From: Camelus ferus
Lineage: Eukaryota
Assembly: GCF_009834535.1 (NCBI RefSeq)
Contig: NC_045696.1
Coordinates: 69,628,001-69,692,000 of the forward strand
Reading direction: 5' to 3'
Length of the DNA stretch: 64,000 nt
A program made the translations under genes and the position numbers. The notes under the pieces are model-generated. The model was given only the letters and a program-made list of their open reading frames with translations. It did no database searches and had not been told where the DNA came from. Of the stretch, positions 59,287 through 64,000 are shown piece after piece. Position 1 is the stretch's first letter; every line of letters starts with the position of its first letter.

Positions 59287-61369
59287 GTAGAAAAATAAGT
59301 CAATCCTTTTTTTCAAGCCTGTAACAGAAGGCTTTCTGTAAGTTTATCAGCTATCTTTCTTTCACTGTTTTACAAGCCCTAAGTGTAGAAACATCTGAGC
59401 CTGAGTCGGTGCACAGCGCTTGAATAGGAGCTTGTGAGGAATGAATGTCTGCCGCCTAACCCCACCGGCTTCTACAGATTCAAAGAGGCTGGGGAGAAGG
59501 CAAGGGAGCGAGGACAAAGCGAGCTCTGCCTCTCAGCGTCTCCACGGTGAGGCGTTGACAATCAGCTCCCCTTATTCACAGGCTCCTTATTCCCCTGGGC
59601 CCAGATCCAGATCGTTAACCCAAAGCAGAGGTCACTAAACACTGGGCAGCCCTCCTCCTGTTGGGCGCTAGGAAAAGGAAGCCCAGAAAATGTGAAGTTT
59701 ACTCTTCATCGAGGTCCCCTTTCCTGAGCCAAGCCCAGGAACAATGCCTGTTCAGTTGTTAGATGACAAAGAGGTAGTGTGATGGCAGAAGAATGTGGTT
59801 TTGAGAGCCAGAGTATGTGCAGAATCTAAATTCTAGTGCAGCTGGGACACATGTAAACTAATGTGGAAGAAAAACACTCACGTACACAGACAGTTGGAAA
59901 CCTTGGAGAGACAGTCCATTGCCCAGGGGTACAGGTGGCTGGAGCTTAGTGTGTGGCTTTGAAAACACAAGCAAAAGGGAAAAATGCCAGGAAATCATCA
60001 GTTTTAACACATGTATAATGTAAGCACTGATTTTGTTCAGCATGAGTGTATTGTACTTAAAATAGGGGGTGGGGTGAAAGAAGAACACAGAAAAGTCGCT
60101 GTGTCCTTCTGATCCCAGCAAATACACCAGAGTCCCATTCAGAAGGGGCCCCTTGAATGACCAGCCCTTCCTTAGCTCCTCCAGTTTAAGAATTGGCTCT
60201 ATACCCAGGCCTTGTTGACCTTGGCAGTAGACCTCAGCTAACCTTTGGATAGCACTTTACAGTTTACACAGTACATTTTCATCCACATTATCTTTTTGGC
60301 AGGCTTTCCTAAATGGTAACACTTGGTTGAAATTGAATCTGAAAATATTCATGGCTGTTAGCCTCCAAAATTACTTTCTTGGAATGTTCTCAGTGGCTAC
60401 TGTGGAAAGACGACTAGACACTGGGAGGCGGAACAATGGGGTTCTGGCCCCAGCTTGGGGGTTGATTGGATCTGACTAGATAATCTCATAGGGCCATCCT
60501 GGCCTAACCGCCTACGTCAGTGAGGGCACTGAAATGTTACTTCCCAAATCTCTTAGGAGGAAAAGGAGAAAGGAGTTCTTTGGGAATTCTAAGGGTGTGT
60601 ATGTGTGGGGTGTGGGGGGGGGGCAGATTTAACCATTACAAACATCATTCTCACCTATAAGCAAACTCTAAAGATTGCTCATTCCCACTATGAAAGGTAT
60701 ATATTTGTTCATTCCCTAAGCATCCATTAAATACCTACTAGATGCCACGCACTGACGGGTGCTGAAAATAAAGATTTAGAATGGCATTTTCAAATAAATC
60801 CCTATTCATGACCTCTTAAGTGTTTATTCACCAGCTCTTACTTCAACACTACTGGCATCTTATTCTGACCACATTGACCAGAGACTGAGGAGGCTGGGGC
60901 ATTTATCTGCCAACTCCTATTCCTACTGGTAGAGGGTTATCCCCAGGGATGCCAACCCTTCAGTGTACTTCCTACCAGGAAGAGAAGCAGCGTAGGTATC
61001 AGTGTGCTGGGGACAGCTGGCAGATGCAGTAACCAGGGGCGCAGAGGAGACCTGGAGCAGGCATCGTGGTGTTTGCTTCACCCATCTTTAACACAAGCGG
61101 AGCTCTTCCCCATGACCTATTTCCTTGTCTCCATACTTATGGTGGGTGATTCTTTGCTTCTATCATACCACTAACAAACATATATCAATTATCTATTGTG
61201 TGTGAGACACCGGGATAGACACTTTAACTGGGGGCGGAGGGTGGACAGGGAGAGGAAGAAGGGATCCCACAGTGAAACCCACCTTCCGCTTAAGCAGCTC
61301 ACAGGCTGGTGGAGGAAACATTTGTCTACATGAAACTAGAATACAATTCATAGCATCCTGAGTATTACT

Positions 61370-62640
61370 CATCCAGTAAGTAGTGCCTATTCTATGCGAG
61401 GTCTTGCTCTAGGATTAGAAGAGGGGAAGAAATAGATATAAATCTGTGCTCTCAAGGATCTTACATCTGAGGAAAGGGGCAAAAAGCAAATGACACAAAT
61501 AAATAATAGTATTCATTAGATCATGTTAAATACTACGGAGAAAAACCAAGCAGGGAAGGGATAAGATGAATGGTGGGGGTGGGGAGTTTGCAATTTTAAA
61601 TAGGGAGGAAGACCTCAAAGTTGAGCAAAGACTTGACAATAAATAAAGAAGTAGCCACATGGACATCTAAAGGAAAAGCACGTAAGCAGAGGGAAGAGCA
61701 AGGCCCTGAAACTTTGAATGTTCTTGGACTACCTATGGGATAGCAAGGATTGTGATGCTGGATCAGAGAGACCAAGACAGGGCACAGATAAGAGATAAAG
61801 TCAGAAAAGTAACTGGGGTTGTGTCATCCAGGGCCCTGTAGGGTTTTTGAGGATTCTGGCATTTGCTCTGTTAATGTTTATCTGCTAGAGGTTTTGAGGA
61901 GAGAAGTCACATAATCTGACTTATATTTTAAAGGATTATTGGCTGCTGAGTTGAAATTGACTGTAGGGGAGTAAGAAAGGAAGCAAGACCAAGGAGTAGG
62001 CTGTTGCAGTAATCGAGGTGAGGGGAGATGGTGGTCTGGACCAGAGCACAAGGAAGTCATAATCTCTATTCAGAGAAAGAAAGGAGTCAATTATGACTTC
62101 CAGGTTTTGGGCCCGAACACAAAGAAGCATGAGGTTGCCGTTTACTGAGATAGAAAAGCCTGAGGAGGAAAAATGGAGGGTGGGAGTAGGGGAGAAGAGG
62201 CATTCTGTTTTGGCCATATTAAGTTTGAGATTCCTATTAGAAATACAAGTGGGAAAGTCGATTTGCATATCCAAGTCTGGAGTTTAGGGGAGAGATCCAG
62301 GCTGGAGGGAGAAATTAGGAGTCATCAGTGTGTAAGAGAGTATTTAAAGCTGAGACTGGATGAGATCACAAAGGAAATAAATTGAGATAGAAAAAAAAGG
62401 TTCCCAGGACTAAGCCCTGAGGCACTTCAAAGTTAAGAGGTTGGGGAGATGAAGAACCACCAGAGGAGATTGCAAAAGAGCAGCTGGTGAAGTAGGCATA
62501 ACCAGGAGGGTATTTCTAGGAGACAGGAGATCATGGTTGGCAGATGCTTCTGATGTGTGAAGTAGGGTAAGGACAGGGACTGAGTTAGCAACACGGAGGT
62601 CATGGGTTACTTGCACAAGCCATTTCCATGGAGTGAGAGA
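61370..62640 (-). mobile_element. Long L2 fragment
   Basis: Purine-rich L2 motifs (ttttaaaggattattggctgctg, ttgccgtttactgagatag, gactggatgagatcac, ccaggactaagccctgaggcact). Confidence 0.8.
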
Positions 62641-63639
62641 GATAATAGATATAACTGGTCAATACTACTGGAATCCAAAGGAGGTTTGAGTTTGCACTCA
62701 GTTAGGGGCAGGGATCAAAGAAGGCTCCATGGATTCCAAAATCCTGGGTTTGAGTTCAGCCCAGCCTTTCTCACTAAACCTTTCCATTCTCAGACTCTCA
62801 AAATCTGAAAGAGGCTTAGGAATCCCAATCAGGTATCCTGCCCAGAAGGTATGGGGGTAAGCCACTTGAGGATAAAAGAGGAGAGATGAGGATGCTGTTA
62901 CCAACACCTTTCCCATCCCTATGGGACTCTATTCTTGTTTTGTGCTCTTAAATTTCTCTTTTTGAAATGTTAAGTGTTTTTAAATAGCTTTTTTTTCATA
63001 TTACACAATTAGCATATGTTCTTTGTAGAAAAACAGAAAAAGCCATAGCCCAAATTTAAAACTACTCTGAAAACTCAACGTGGAGATCACAGTTAACACT
63101 TTACTGTACCTCTTTTCAAATGGCTTTTCTCTATACTGTTATTTATATGGAAAAAATGTGGTTATATTATGTATTGTACATATTTTTCTAATTTGTTTTT
63201 TAACAATTTATTTTGAACATCTTTCCATATCACAAAATATGCTCCTACAATACCCTACTGCATGTTATATCAAAGTACATATATAAATATAACATATTTA
63301 AGGAGTCTTTTGCTGGAGACTAAGGCACCACAAATATGTAGCCAGAGCCAAGCCAAGTGAGCTTCATCCCCCAGAATCAAATAAGCAAAAAATAATAATT
63401 TGGCCTCTTCCTAGTATTCCCAATTAGCAGCCAATGCCTATAAATTTTATCTTGTAAATTTCTCAAATCCATCTCTATCATCACTACCATAACCAGTTAC
63501 CATCATCTCTCACTGGGACTGTTGCCATCACCACTTAACAGGTCTTAATATGCTCTTACCCACTCCCACCCCTTCTCCTTATTGTAGTCAGAGCGATTTT
63601 TTTTCTCAAGCACAAGTCATTCCTCTTCTTGAGGTTTTT

Positions 63640-64000
63640 CAGTGATACCTACTGGAATACCTAAAATTTAAGACTAATAACATCAAATGTTGGCAAGGTG
63701 GGAGGATAAAATGGTAAAGCAGTTTACACCATTGGAAAACTGTTTTGCAATTTCTTATCAAAGTAAACAGACATCTAACTCTGTGATCCAGCAATTTCAA
63801 TCTTCTGTATTTACCCAAGAGAGAGATCAATGTGTTCACAAAAAGACCTCTGCAAGAACATTTATATAAGATTCACTCACAATAGCCACCAATACAACCC
63901 AAATGTCCATGCACAGGAGAGCAGATAAACAAGTTGTAGTATCCACACAACAGAATACTACTCAATAAAAAAATTTAAAAATAATGAACTATGGTGATGG
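63640..64000 (+). mobile_element. L1 ORF2 3' region, runs off the window
   Basis: aaatgttggcaagg...ttggaaaactgttttgca...tgatccagcaatt...caacccaaatgtcca...gaatactactca. Confidence 0.85.

Noticed and set aside
205..63869. Remaining 60-135 aa ORFs in the track
   Set aside because: Intronic or repeat-derived, mostly non-ATG starts, no recognisable homology; the expected background for six-frame translation

Overview
Mammalian genomic DNA containing one complete protein-coding gene on the + strand: ETV5 (ERM), a PEA3-subfamily ETS transcription factor. It has a CpG-island promoter (~1.7-3.8 kb), a non-coding exon 1 (~2318-2466) and 12 coding exons (ATG 5714 to TAA 55204). These splice to 1530 nt = 509 aa, with GT-AG introns except one GC-AG intron. 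The ~2.25 kb 3'UTR ends after AATAAA at 57435. Introns and the 3' flank carry old MIR, L2, L1, MER5 and MLT1 relics, five tRNA-Ala-derived SINE copies resembling the camelid Vic-1 family (suggesting a camelid genome; inference) and two ERV-type LTRs just past the gene end. Nearly all other ORFs in the track look spurious. The most notable observations are: (1) clusters of Capicua-type TGAATG(A/G)A sites sharing an extended TTTTRTGAATG consensus, plus a separate dense cluster in intron 5; (2) a duplicated last-exon splice acceptor whose use would give an NMD-escaping ETV5 truncated inside the ETS domain; (3) an out-of-frame uORF overlapping the start codon; (4) a ~70-90 bp acceptor-like duplication 2 kb apart in intron 5; (5) a 4-copy ~40 bp array between two convergent LTRs. 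I see no evidence of an unknown multi-gene system. Comparisons with human ETV5 are from memory, and repeat family names are by eye, so both need checking by alignment or Dfam.
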